A DNA stretch of 64,000 bases, from contig JAYTSD010000028.1 of the NCBI GenBank assembly GCA_043745805.1, forward strand, positions 44,399 to 108,398, given 5' to 3'. Position 1 is the first letter of the stretch; each line of letters opens with the position of its first letter. The notes under the pieces are model-generated. The model was not told the origin of the DNA, did no database searches, and saw only the letters and a list, made by a program, of their open reading frames with translations. Position numbers and translations under genes: made by a program. This DNA is from Fibrobacteria bacterium (lineage in GTDB: Bacteria > Fibrobacterota > Fibrobacteria > UBA11236). Below, piece by piece: positions 26,923 through 36,360 of the stretch.

Positions 26923-27846
26923 ATGTGGGATATTCTTTTCAATGGTTTTTTGATTTCTGCCTTGCGTAGTTCCTCTCCTTTGCTTTGGGTACTCATGGGA
27001 GAAACCATTACCCAACGTGTAGCTATTGTGAATTTAGGCGTAGAAGGACAAATGTTAGTGGGCGCATTAGCCGGCTTTGCCGCAACGGTAGTAACCGGTA
27101 ATCCCTGGTTAGGTTTATGTGCCGGAGCAGCTGCAGGTATGACTTTGTCGGGTTTACACGCATTACTATGCATAGGTTTTAATGCCAATGCTTTTGCCAG
27201 TGGTTTAGCCGTATGGATGTTTGGATTCGGACTTTCTGCTTTTTATGGTATACCTTATGTCGGGCAAAAAATTGATGGTTTTAAAGCTTTCAATATTCCT
27301 GCATTAAGCAATGTACCGATTTTGGGAAATTTGATTTCTCAAATCACGCCTACTGTGGTACTCGCTTTGTTACTGGCTCCTTTATTAGGTATTTGGTTAT
27401 ATCGCACTCGCACCGGATTAATTTGGCGAGCAGTGGGCGAATCTTCGCAATCAGCCTTAGCCATGGGTGTTAAACCTAAATGGGTACAAGTACAAGGAAT
27501 ATTATTGGGGGGTATCTTGTCAGGCATCGGTGGTGCGGCGCTTTCGGTGGATTATACCCGCAACTGGGTGGAAGGCATGAGCGCCGGTCGCGGTTTAGTG
27601 GCGGTAGGCTTGGTTATTGTTGCCCGCTGGAATCCATTTTTAACTATTCCTGCGGCTTTGCTTTTTGGAGGTACGGAAACTTTAACGTTACGCTTACAAA
27701 CAGCAGGTGTTCCTATTTCTTCGCACTTGCTGCATACTTTGCCTTATATTGTTTCACTGCTGGTGTTAATCCTCAGCTTCTTTAGTGCTAATAAGGAAGG
27801 TGGCACACCTAATGGACTCAAAGCTGTTTTTGGAAGTGGCAATTAG
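26923..27846 (+). CDS. ABC importer permease 2
   Basis: GETITQR, NLGVEG, RAVGE and AGRGLVA motifs. Confidence 0.92.
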   Translation: MWDILFNGFLISALRSSSPLLWVLMGETITQRVAIVNLGVEGQMLVGALAGFAATVVTGNPWLGLCAGAAAGMTLSGLHALLCIGFNANAFASGLAVWMFGFGLSAFYGIPYVGQKIDGFKAFNIPALSNVPILGNLISQITPTVVLALLLAPLLGIWLYRTRTGLIWRAVGESSQSALAMGVKPKWVQVQGILLGGILSGIGGAALSVDYTRNWVEGMSAGRGLVAVGLVIVARWNPFLTIPAALLFGGTETLTLRLQTAGVPISSHLLHTLPYIVSLLVLILSFFSANKEGGTPNGLKAVFGSGN

Positions 27847-27908
27847 TAATAATAAATATTTTAGTCATTTAAATTTTATTTCACTCACTCATTCAAAAGG
27901 AAAATCAT

Positions 27909-28967
27909 ATGCTTAAGAAAAAAATTGTAAGCACTTTACTTTCGGCCTCCCTTGCCATAGGCGCTTGGGCAGAAACAAAAGTGGGGTATATTTATGTTGG
28001 ACCAAAAAATGATTATGGTTATAACTATGCCATGGATCAAGGCCGTTTATATGTGGAAAAAAATATGCCTGGTGTGAAAACGGTCAGCTTTGAAAATGTT
28101 CCTGAAAATGCTGAAGTAGAACGCGTGATGGAACGTATGATTAAAAGCGGATGTACTATTATTTTTCCTACTAGTTATGGTTATCTCGATCCAGCTTTAA
28201 ATGTCGCTAAAAAATATCCCAATGTGACTTTTATGCATGCGGGTGGTTTTAAAACTGCCCCTAATTTGGGAACTTTTTTTGCAGGCATTGATGATGCCAT
28301 GTATTTAGCTGGTATGGCTGCGGGCGGTACTACTAAAACTGGTAAATTAGGTTTTATTGCCGCCCATCCCATTCCCCAAGTATTACGTAATATCAATGCC
28401 TTTACCCGAGGTGCACAAAGTGTTAACCCCAAGGTTACTACAACGGTAATATGGACTGGCACTTGGTCGGATCCGGCTAAAGAAGCGGAAGCCGCTAATT
28501 CATTAGTGGATGCGGGAGTAGATGTATTAACTGGCCATGTGGACTGTCCTATTACCTATACACAAACGGCTGAGAAGCGCGGTGTATTTGTAGTTGGCTA
28601 TCATGCCGATGCCAGCAAATTTGCACCTAAAGGCTGGTTGGTTGGTGCCGCTTGGAATTGGGGTCCGATGATGGGAAAAATTATTAAAAGTGTAGGCGAT
28701 AAAACTTGGAAGCCAGAACATATTCGTGGAGATTTAATGGCGGGTGATGCCGGTATAACCAAATTTGGATCCGCTGTTTCGGCCAAAACCAAGGAATTAG
28801 TACTCGCTAAAGAAAAAGAGTTTAAAGCCGGAAAAGCTTCTTTATGGATGGGCCCTATTTTAAAACAAGATGGTTCGAGTGTAGCGCCGAAAGATTCATT
28901 GGTCCCGATGGCGACTTTAGAATCTATGGATTTTTTTGTAAAAGGCGTTATTGGTACAGTGAAATAA
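27909..28967 (+). CDS. BMP-family ABC substrate-binding protein
   Basis: Signal; YVGPKNDYGYN, IFPTSYGY and INAFTRG motifs. Confidence 0.92.
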   Translation: MLKKKIVSTLLSASLAIGAWAETKVGYIYVGPKNDYGYNYAMDQGRLYVEKNMPGVKTVSFENVPENAEVERVMERMIKSGCTIIFPTSYGYLDPALNVAKKYPNVTFMHAGGFKTAPNLGTFFAGIDDAMYLAGMAAGGTTKTGKLGFIAAHPIPQVLRNINAFTRGAQSVNPKVTTTVIWTGTWSDPAKEAEAANSLVDAGVDVLTGHVDCPITYTQTAEKRGVFVVGYHADASKFAPKGWLVGAAWNWGPMMGKIIKSVGDKTWKPEHIRGDLMAGDAGITKFGSAVSAKTKELVLAKEKEFKAGKASLWMGPILKQDGSSVAPKDSLVPMATLESMDFFVKGVIGTVK

Positions 28968-28990
28968 TTTCCTAAGCTATTATTTTGGGA

Positions 28991-29039
28991 ATAAGGATGA
29001 AATGGACAAACTCAAATATGTTTGTTAATTCATCCTTAT
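28991..29039 (+). other. Intercistronic stem-loop after the binding-protein gene
   Basis: ATAAGGATGAA pairs with TTCATCCTTAT, with an inner ACAAAC/GTTTGT stem. Confidence 0.55.
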
Positions 29040-29128
29040 ACTTTTTTCCTAAAGGGAATGCAGGAAATAAAGTAGGAGTTACCAAAATATTACCAACGCT
29101 TAATAATAAGCGATTAGGAGTTAAAAGC

Positions 29129-29494
29129 GTGAGTGACATTAAATCTTTTCGTTTAAAGACGAATATGCAAGGGCCTGAAGATGGCGATACAGCTTGGACG
29201 GAATTGAGACCGGGTGTACATATTCGCACTTTATTTGAAGGAGTAGATAAAAGTTATAAAGTAGCTTTAATTCATTATCTCCCTAACACTTCGGTGCCTA
29301 TGCATGAACATATTGGAGGAGAGCATCTTTTTGTTTTGCAAGGTAGTCAAGAAGATGAGAATGGCATTTATGGTCCGGGTACTTATGTATATAATCCCCC
29401 GGGAACTTATCATGATGTACAAAGTTCGGAAGGATGTTTAGTCCTAGTCCATTGGCAAGCTCCGGTTCGGTTTGTAAATCCGCTGGACGATTGA
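29129..29494 (+). CDS. ChrR-like cupin (cupin_7) protein
   Basis: PMHEHIGGEHLFVLQG...PPGTYH motifs. Probable GTG start at 29129 after an AGGAG RBS. Confidence 0.8.
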   Translation: MSDIKSFRLKTNMQGPEDGDTAWTELRPGVHIRTLFEGVDKSYKVALIHYLPNTSVPMHEHIGGEHLFVLQGSQEDENGIYGPGTYVYNPPGTYHDVQSSEGCLVLVHWQAPVRFVNPLDD

Positions 29495-29530
29495 TAATAA
29501 ATCCACACCCTAAATTTAGGAGAAGCAAAC

Positions 29531-30226
29531 ATGGCGAAGTTTTCCGTTAAATCAGATCCTTATGTTTGGCCCTTTGATGGCGGTGTTTCGCCAGATAAAG
29601 TAGCTTTGATTGTGATTGATATGCAAATCGATTTTTGCGGCCCGGGCGGTTATGTAGAAGCGATGGGATATGATATTAGTCTCACACGCAACGCCATTGA
29701 TCCCATTAAAAATACCTTAGACATCATGCGGAAAATACCAGGGTTTTTAATTATCCACACTCGCGAAGGACATCGACCTGAATTAGTAGACTTGCCGGCA
29801 AATAAATCATGGCGTAGTAAAACAGTTTGTCCGGGTATTGGTGAGCCTGGCCCTTGTGGTAAAATTTTAGTTAGGGGTGAATTAGGTTGGGATATTATTC
29901 CCGAGCTTAAACCTATTGCGGGAGAAATTATTATTGATAAACCAGGCAAGGGTAGCTTCTATGCTACGGACTTGGAACATATTTTACACACCACGGGAAA
30001 AACCTATATTATTCTTTGTGGTATTACTACCGACGTTTGCGTGCATACGACTATGCGCGAAGCGAATGATAGAGGTTTTGAATGCCTTATGCTTACCGAT
30101 GCTACAGGTGCTACCGTAAAAAGCAATCATGAGGCTGCCATTAACATGATTAGTATGCAGGGCGGAGTATTTGGCGCAACAGTTGCTTCTCCATTATTGA
30201 TTGAGGCTTTATTGCCTTTAGTGTAA
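29531..30226 (+). CDS. biuH: Biuret amidohydrolase (isochorismatase-family cysteine hydrolase)
   Basis: DPYVWP, IDMQIDFCGPGGYVEAMGYD, HTREGHRP, DKPGKGSF, GITTDVCV and MQGGVFG: D-K-C triad with BiuH-type specificity residues; clustered with atzF. Confidence 0.88.
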   Translation: MAKFSVKSDPYVWPFDGGVSPDKVALIVIDMQIDFCGPGGYVEAMGYDISLTRNAIDPIKNTLDIMRKIPGFLIIHTREGHRPELVDLPANKSWRSKTVCPGIGEPGPCGKILVRGELGWDIIPELKPIAGEIIIDKPGKGSFYATDLEHILHTTGKTYIILCGITTDVCVHTTMREANDRGFECLMLTDATGATVKSNHEAAINMISMQGGVFGATVASPLLIEALLPLV

Positions 30227-30415
30227 CAAAAGTTGTAAAAAACTGTTATAAATTGTTGTGAACTGCTTTACGTCGAAATTTTAAAAAAGCATACAATTAC
30301 TTCTTACCAATTCAGTAAATCTCGAATATTCATATTATTTTTATTTCATGGAATGTAGTTGTCTTTATTCTGCATTTTTAAAGCAAGGTAGCCTGAAGGT
30401 TTATACGAGTTACTA

Positions 30416-32647
30416 ATGCTACATATTAAAAGCAAATTATTTATTCCGCCTTTACGCTCCCAAGTGGTTTTACGTAGTAGGCTTTGCGATAAATTGCAAT
30501 CGGGTTGGGAAAGTGGTTTAGCAATTATTTCTGCTCCGGCAGGTTCCGGTAAAACCACCTTGGTACTTAGCTTTATTCATACTTGCCAACAAAAAAAAGC
30601 TTGGATCGCTTTGGAAGAAAGCGACAATCATCCCGATAGATTTCTCACCTTATTTGCTTTAGCCCTACAAGAGGCACATCCCCAGCTTTTTCCAGATTGG
30701 AAAGGGATGTTACAAAACTCACGTTTTTTACCGGCTTCGGTGTTGCTGCCCCGCATTGTAGAGGAAACTTTAAAACTACCTGAAAAAATTTTGTTGGTTT
30801 TGGATGATTATCATTTTATTCGCGAGAATAAAGTGCATCAGTATTTGTTGGAGTTGATTGAAACCTTAAGCAATAAACTGTATATCATTATTTCCAGCCG
30901 TATGGATCCACCTTGGCCTTTGGGTATATTAAGGGCAAAAAATAAATTAATAGAAATTCGCAATGTTGATTTAGAATTTAATGAAAGTGAAAGCCATCTT
31001 TTCCTCTGTGAAAAAATGGCTTTGAATTTAAAAACCCATGAAGTGGAAAGTTTAAAGCAAAAAACCGAAGGCTGGATTTCAGGTTTGCAATTGGCGGCCT
31101 TGTCTATGCAAGGTAAAAGTGACGCGTCAGATTTTGTACGCGAATTTGCCGGACATAATCGTTTTGTTGTTGATTATTTAGTGGAAGAAGTTCTGCACGC
31201 GCAGACTGCAGAAATGCAAAAATTCCTTTTGAGTATTTCCATACTCGATCGTTTTTGCGTATCCCTTTGTGATGCCCTCTTCCAAAAAAATGCTTCGGAA
31301 ACTTATAGCCTTAGCCATTTACAAATGCTGGAGCAGAATAATTTATTTATTGTAGCCTTGGATGATAATCGCCATTGGTATCGCTTGCATCATTTGTTTG
31401 TACAATTATTGCGGCGTCGCTTAGAAGAGCGAGAGCCCGATTTAGCGCGTCGCCTACACAGTAATGCGGCCCGTTGGTTATCCAAAGCGAATCATGTTTC
31501 GGAAGCGGCTAAGCATGCGTTATCCTGTTCGGATTGGGATTTTCTGGAAGAGCTGGCGGAACAAGCTATTGAAAATATGGTGAAGAATAGCGATTTCGTT
31601 ACCCTATGGGATTGTGTGCAAAATTTATCGGAAGCCATAATTAAGACCAAGCCTTATGTATGTCTTTTTTATACTTGGGTTTTATTGCATACCGGAAGAG
31701 AAAATGAAGCGGAAAATTTTATTAATTATGCAAGTGTTTTAAGGGTACAAGAAAAAGAAGCTTTAAGAGCGCAGATTCTTTATTTGCAATCTTTATTATC
31801 CTCTTCTCGCGGGCGTATTGATCAGGCTTTGGCCTTTGGTTTAAAAAGTTTAGGAACCGCGCCTTTGGCGAATTTGTTTTTACAGAGTTCTATTCGTATT
31901 CACTTAGGCATGATCTATTGTCAAAAATTAGCTTGGAAAGATGCAGAAGAGAATTTATTGCAAGCAAAAAAATATGCTAGTCGTTGCAATCATTATTTGG
32001 CTTATTTCGGAGCCCTCTATACTTTAGGGGAAATTTATTGCAAGCTAGGTCAAGTAAAGACATTAGAAGCCATTTCTCAAGAAGCTATGCAAAGTCTGGA
32101 AGCTTTGGAAAGTCGCGCGGGACCGGCTGTGGGGTATGCCTTATTAAGTCAGGCTCGTTGTTTATTTTTAAAAAATCAATGGGAAGAATGCCGTGAAGTT
32201 TTATTGGAGGCCATACGCTGGGGCAAATTGGGAAATAATATTCGCATTTTAGGTTATGCTTTCCAAACCTTCGCACAATGCCTGATTAAAGAAAAAAAAT
32301 ATGTGGAAGCCATAAAATATTTGGATCATGCTGAGGAAATTTCCCGCCGCAATCGCATGCATTGGGGTTACTCGCCTGTTACTATACTGGAAATCCGTTT
32401 GCAAATACCCAGTCACCAAGAAATACTGGAGCATATTGTGCATTTAAATAATCCAGAATTATTAAGCGAAAGAGAATTGGCTGTTTTGCGGCATTTGGCT
32501 GATGGTTATTCCAATAAAGAAATCGGTGAGAAGCTTTATGTGGCTTCGAGTACGGTCAAAACCCATGTCAAAAAAATATTCCATAAACTCGATGTGAATA
32601 ATCGTTTAAGGGCTATATCTAAAGGCCGCGAATATAATTTGATTTAA
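30416..32647 (+). CDS. MalT-like ATP-dependent LuxR-family transcriptional regulator
   Basis: SAPAGSGKTT, LVLDDYH, TEGWISGLQL, TPR region and C-terminal LSERELAVL...TVKTHV HTH. Confidence 0.93.
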   Translation: MLHIKSKLFIPPLRSQVVLRSRLCDKLQSGWESGLAIISAPAGSGKTTLVLSFIHTCQQKKAWIALEESDNHPDRFLTLFALALQEAHPQLFPDWKGMLQNSRFLPASVLLPRIVEETLKLPEKILLVLDDYHFIRENKVHQYLLELIETLSNKLYIIISSRMDPPWPLGILRAKNKLIEIRNVDLEFNESESHLFLCEKMALNLKTHEVESLKQKTEGWISGLQLAALSMQGKSDASDFVREFAGHNRFVVDYLVEEVLHAQTAEMQKFLLSISILDRFCVSLCDALFQKNASETYSLSHLQMLEQNNLFIVALDDNRHWYRLHHLFVQLLRRRLEEREPDLARRLHSNAARWLSKANHVSEAAKHALSCSDWDFLEELAEQAIENMVKNSDFVTLWDCVQNLSEAIIKTKPYVCLFYTWVLLHTGRENEAENFINYASVLRVQEKEALRAQILYLQSLLSSSRGRIDQALAFGLKSLGTAPLANLFLQSSIRIHLGMIYCQKLAWKDAEENLLQAKKYASRCNHYLAYFGALYTLGEIYCKLGQVKTLEAISQEAMQSLEALESRAGPAVGYALLSQARCLFLKNQWEECREVLLEAIRWGKLGNNIRILGYAFQTFAQCLIKEKKYVEAIKYLDHAEEISRRNRMHWGYSPVTILEIRLQIPSHQEILEHIVHLNNPELLSERELAVLRHLADGYSNKEIGEKLYVASSTVKTHVKKIFHKLDVNNRLRAISKGREYNLI

Positions 32648-32850
32648 GATTTGAGTATAATCATTAAAGGTTTATTGATATAGAGATTTTCTTTCCCCAC
32701 GCGAGTTTTGGCTAAAAGTCCTATGGCCGTTAATTGATCTAAATAGCGAGCTGCCGCTTTCCATAATGAAATTGATGAATAATGCTCTTCTTTTGGGGGA
32801 ATTAATGGAAGATCATTAAAAGGCTTTTCTGGTACACATTGGGTATTCAT
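32644..32850 (-). pseudogene. Internally deleted Fic-family gene (N-terminal stub fused in frame to the C-terminal HTH end)
   Basis: PFNDLPLIPP (Fic_N start) joins AARYLDQLTAIGLLAKTRVGKENLYIN (C-terminal wHTH); the HPFxDGNGR core is absent. Confidence 0.7.
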
Positions 32851-32921
32851 GTACCAAAATTTCTATTTAGGGTACATATTAATTCGAGTTTTTTTAGAAT
32901 TATTATGTGTTCGAGTATTGT

Positions 32922-32999
32922 TTACAAAGGAAATCGTATTTCGGCAGCCTTTTCATTTCCTAGTCCATCGGCAGAACCTGTAATGAATATTCGTGCCAT
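32922..32999 (-). pseudogene. 25-codon remnant of a short-chain dehydrogenase/reductase N-terminus
   Basis: Translates MARIFITGSADGLGNEKAAEIRFPL* (TGxxxGLG Rossmann motif, then loss of similarity). Confidence 0.6.
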
Positions 33000-33005
33000 A
33001 TAGCT

Positions 33006-33383
33006 TCAAATTAAATCTTTGAATAAAATAAATCCAATTATCACTGCACCTACCGAACAAATCAAAACTGCTGCCGCAGCAACATCTTTAGCTTTTTCTA
33101 TGAGAGGATGGTATTGATTCGTAACGAAATCTGCAAGAAACTCAATAACCGTATTCATCGCTTCGGCAGAAATTACTATTACAATAGTGAGCAAAAGAAT
33201 AGCCCATTGTGTGGCAGAAAGTTTTGCAAAAAAACCAAGACAAATGGCCAGCGAGCCAATAATCAAATGTATTCTTGCGTTAATTTGCGTAGAGAATAAA
33301 ATTTTTATTCCATTAAAAGCAAATTTAAAACTATCAATACGTTTTTTTAATTGAGAGCGTTTAGGTGTCACATTGAAATCCAT
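33006..33383 (-). CDS. dgkA: Diacylglycerol/undecaprenol kinase (DgkA family)
   Basis: SFKFAFNG, NARIH, AEAMNTVIE and AKDVAAAAV motifs. Confidence 0.9.
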   Translation of the reverse strand: MDFNVTPKRSQLKKRIDSFKFAFNGIKILFSTQINARIHLIIGSLAICLGFFAKLSATQWAILLLTIVIVISAEAMNTVIEFLADFVTNQYHPLIEKAKDVAAAAVLICSVGAVIIGFILFKDLI

Positions 33384-33502
33384 ATATTATTTCCTTAAAT
33401 AATATAAAACGAAACATGAGTGAACCGTAACTGTGCACAAATTCAATTCCAGAAAATTGAATTAGGGGTGGACGAGGATCCCGTGTTTTAGTGTTTTGCA
33501 TT

Positions 33503-33536
33503 TTTGTAGGGGCACAAAATTTTGTGCCCCTACAAA
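33503..33536. repeat. GTAG-type REP palindrome, copy 1
   Basis: TTTGTAGGGGCACAAAATTTTGTGCCCCTACAAA, a perfect palindrome. Confidence 0.85.
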
Positions 33537-33604
33537 TCACGGAAATATTACAAAACATTAATATGCGAGGCCGAGGCCAGGGGCAGACATGCCCCTATAG
33601 ATAA

Positions 33605-34408
33605 TTAAATAAAATCGCGTTTATTAAACCATGCGCAGGTCACAAATAAAAGCAGAGCTATATAAAAAAGCCCATAGGCACTAGTCCATAGCACATAATG
33701 TTGCGGAATGGGCAAATCATAAACCACGCGGCCTTTAATGTTAAAGTTCTCCAAGTTGGGCATAAAATAATAAGCCCCTTTAATAAATTTTAACACCCAT
33801 GTAGGATAAGTTGGATTTCCGGGTAACATGCCTGCATGTTTTTGCGCAAAAGTAAAATGATTTAATATATCTCCTGATAAATGTCCTGCAACATAAACTC
33901 CCAGAGTAAAAATGGCTCCTAATGTAGGGGTGGAAAAAGAAGAAAATAAAAGTGCTACGGCTACAATCAAAGCCATTTCTAAATAAATCAAGTAGATGGC
34001 CGAGAACAAGGACCAATATGGATGACTATCAGTAAACCATAAAACAAAATAAAAACATAAACTCATCACGGATAAATTGACTGCGAGCACCATAAGTAAA
34101 CCGACATATTTGCCTAAAATAAAATGCCATCGGGGCATGGGTTTGGCTAAAAGGGTAAGGACCGTTTTACGTTGTAATTCTTTTTGAATGAGACCTATAC
34201 CCAAAAAAATAGCCATTAATAAACCACTAATAGACATGATAGCCAAGGTGAAATCTTGAATCACTTTTTCACGCGCGAATACCGACCATTCACCCAACAT
34301 AATGGAAAATAAAATCATGCCCAATCCGAGTAATACTAAATTGTAGAGAATTTTATCGCGTATTGATTCACGAAATGCATTGAGTGCTATAATCCATAAA
34401 TTACGCAT
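33605..34408 (-). CDS. ABC-2-type exporter permease
   Basis: IALNAFRESIRDK, ELQRKTVLTLLAKP..R..FILGKY and terminal FNKRDF motifs. Confidence 0.9.
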   Translation of the reverse strand: MRNLWIIALNAFRESIRDKILYNLVLLGLGMILFSIMLGEWSVFAREKVIQDFTLAIMSISGLLMAIFLGIGLIQKELQRKTVLTLLAKPMPRWHFILGKYVGLLMVLAVNLSVMSLCFYFVLWFTDSHPYWSLFSAIYLIYLEMALIVAVALLFSSFSTPTLGAIFTLGVYVAGHLSGDILNHFTFAQKHAGMLPGNPTYPTWVLKFIKGAYYFMPNLENFNIKGRVVYDLPIPQHYVLWTSAYGLFYIALLLFVTCAWFNKRDFI

Positions 34409-34420
34409 AGCTTTTATTCC

Positions 34421-35320
34421 TCAATCCTTGGCCACTTCTTCGGCCAAAGCATCTTCTAATGTGGGCCTTATTTTATCGACCGCGGTAATATCCAATTTAT
34501 TATTAATAGCCCATTGCAGAGTTTGCATCTTTTGCAGGTCAGTAGCACATATAATAATTTTAGTATCGAATACTTTACCCAATTCAAGTGGAAATTCATT
34601 CACCGGATTTTGAAAATGAATTTGATGCGATATTTCTTCTTTACCTAAAACATCATCCACACTGCCTTGGCGACGAATTTCGCCTTTAACAATCATGGCT
34701 ACGCCAGTGCATATGGCTTCGACATCACTTAAGACATGACTGGAATAAAAAATGGTGGTGCCTTGTGCATGTAAATATTTCAACAAGTTACGGATTTCTC
34801 GGCGACCCATAGGATCAAGACCCGACATGGGTTCATCGAGTATGGCCAATTTAGGTTTGGATAATAAAGCTTGAGCAATGCCTACGCGTTGTAACATGCC
34901 TTTGCTATAAGTTCTTAAATTACGTTTTAACCAATCGGGTTTGGCATTCACTAATTCTGCGGCTTCATCAATGCGCTTTTGTAATTCGGCACCGCTTAAA
35001 TGATGGAGATGGCCATAAAAATTCAGTAATTCATAGCCGGTTAAATAATCATAAAAATAAGACTGCTCAGGCAAATAGCCTACTTCTAAGCGCGCGCGAT
35101 AGTCACTTGCAGGTTTCCCCATCAATTGGACTTTGGCATCGGAGTAGCGAAGTAATCCTAATAAAATTTTAATGGTAGTGCTTTTGCCTGCACCATTGGG
35201 ACCTACAAAGCCATATAAGGCGCCAGGTTCTACATTTAAATGAACATTTTTAAGCGCCTGTACCGACTTCATCCAGAAGCCGATTTTAAAAGTTTTATTG
35301 AGGTTTGCTATTTCTATCAT
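34421..35320 (-). CDS. ABC exporter ATP-binding protein
   Basis: GPNGAGKST, YSKGMLQR, LDEPMSGLDP and SSH motifs. Confidence 0.93.
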   Translation of the reverse strand: MIEIANLNKTFKIGFWMKSVQALKNVHLNVEPGALYGFVGPNGAGKSTTIKILLGLLRYSDAKVQLMGKPASDYRARLEVGYLPEQSYFYDYLTGYELLNFYGHLHHLSGAELQKRIDEAAELVNAKPDWLKRNLRTYSKGMLQRVGIAQALLSKPKLAILDEPMSGLDPMGRREIRNLLKYLHAQGTTIFYSSHVLSDVEAICTGVAMIVKGEIRRQGSVDDVLGKEEISHQIHFQNPVNEFPLELGKVFDTKIIICATDLQKMQTLQWAINNKLDITAVDKIRPTLEDALAEEVAKD

Positions 35321-35327
35321 TTAATTT

Positions 35328-35630
35328 TTAATACTCAGATTTTTTCTTAAAGCGTTGATAATAGGCAAGGCCACGACCTGCAAAATAAAAGCATACGCCA
35401 ATAACCAAAACAATTTGCCCGATGCGATTCGCATTCAAAGTGAATTCCCCATGGCTATTGCGATAATGCAAGGGAGAGAAGCGCCCCGAATAAATAAAGA
35501 AGCCTGCTAAGGGCAAGCAAAGAAAACCTATCCATAAAAGCATGCTGCTTATTTGTGCTAAGCGCGCTTGAGTTTTTTCTTGACCGCTTAAGTCTAAGAG
35601 TTTTTCGGCAATTTGATCTTTATTTTCCAT
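35328..35630 (-). CDS. Hypothetical two-TM membrane protein
   Basis: ORF track; two hydrophobic segments; 7 bp before the ABC ATPase. Confidence 0.7.
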   Translation of the reverse strand: MENKDQIAEKLLDLSGQEKTQARLAQISSMLLWIGFLCLPLAGFFIYSGRFSPLHYRNSHGEFTLNANRIGQIVLVIGVCFYFAGRGLAYYQRFKKKSEY

Positions 35631-35715
35631 ACTTCAAATATACTACAAATTGGAAATCGATAAATTATATAATGCCAATTCTCTTTATGCAAGCGACTTT
35701 TGGATAGTCAAATCC

Positions 35716-36360
35716 TCAGCGTAGATCTTCGGCCAGAACAGTTTTTCCCGCAAATTTTTCAAGAATAAATATGGCCTGTTCTAAGGGTGTAGGCTTTTGA
35801 TGACGAGCAAAACTTTCCGCTCCTTGCAAAATAAGGGTTAGTGTCGGCACTAAATGAATTTTCCAGCCCATCTCTTCTTTCCAAAAAATATATACCGGCA
35901 CATTTTCGGAACCGGAAAAACCTAACTCGGCTTTTTGCCCATAAATTTTAAAATGGCCTAAATTATTTTTTAAGAAACTGTTTTTAACAGTAGGATTTTG
36001 CACTAAAAGCTTTTGCAAAATACCTTTGGGATTATCGTTGAAATCGGGATGCTCACGACGTTCGACACGCAAGGCTAAAACACTTAGTATTTCAAAAAAG
36101 GGGCGATCTTTTAAAAAAGCAATGGGTTCGGAACGCGAAGCATACCGCATATCTTCTAGCCAATGAATGGATTCAGAGGAAATATTATGCAAAGTGGAAT
36201 CGGTATTGTTTTGCTGCAAGTTTTGGCGAAAGCGCAAAAAAAACTTTTCTAAGGCTATTTGTTCCTGTGAATTTTTTTCCGAACTATCAGGCGGCGGCGG
36301 TCCACTACAAGCGCCAAGTAATAGTGCGAACCCCATAAAATATTTGAGCCAAAGTGTCAT
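35716..36360 (-). CDS. Hypothetical lipoprotein
   Basis: Lipobox LGAC; ATGA overlap with the upstream gene. Confidence 0.75.
   Translation of the reverse strand: MTLWLKYFMGFALLLGACSGPPPPDSSEKNSQEQIALEKFFLRFRQNLQQNNTDSTLHNISSESIHWLEDMRYASRSEPIAFLKDRPFFEILSVLALRVERREHPDFNDNPKGILQKLLVQNPTVKNSFLKNNLGHFKIYGQKAELGFSGSENVPVYIFWKEEMGWKIHLVPTLTLILQGAESFARHQKPTPLEQAIFILEKFAGKTVLAEDLR

Noticed and set aside
28985-29128. N-terminal extension of the cupin in the ORF track
   Set aside because: It spans the intercistronic hairpin; the GTG at 29129 has a clear RBS and gives a normal cupin length.
29531-30226. Alternative calls: triuret hydrolase, guanylurea hydrolase or RutB
   Set aside because: The residues GY..MGY, TTD, GAT and MQGGV fit biuret hydrolase as I recall the published signatures; guanylurea hydrolase has Glu at the Gln position.
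33361-33558. 65-aa ORF containing CRGTKFCAPT
   Set aside because: It is a translation through the REP palindrome and overlaps the dgkA start.
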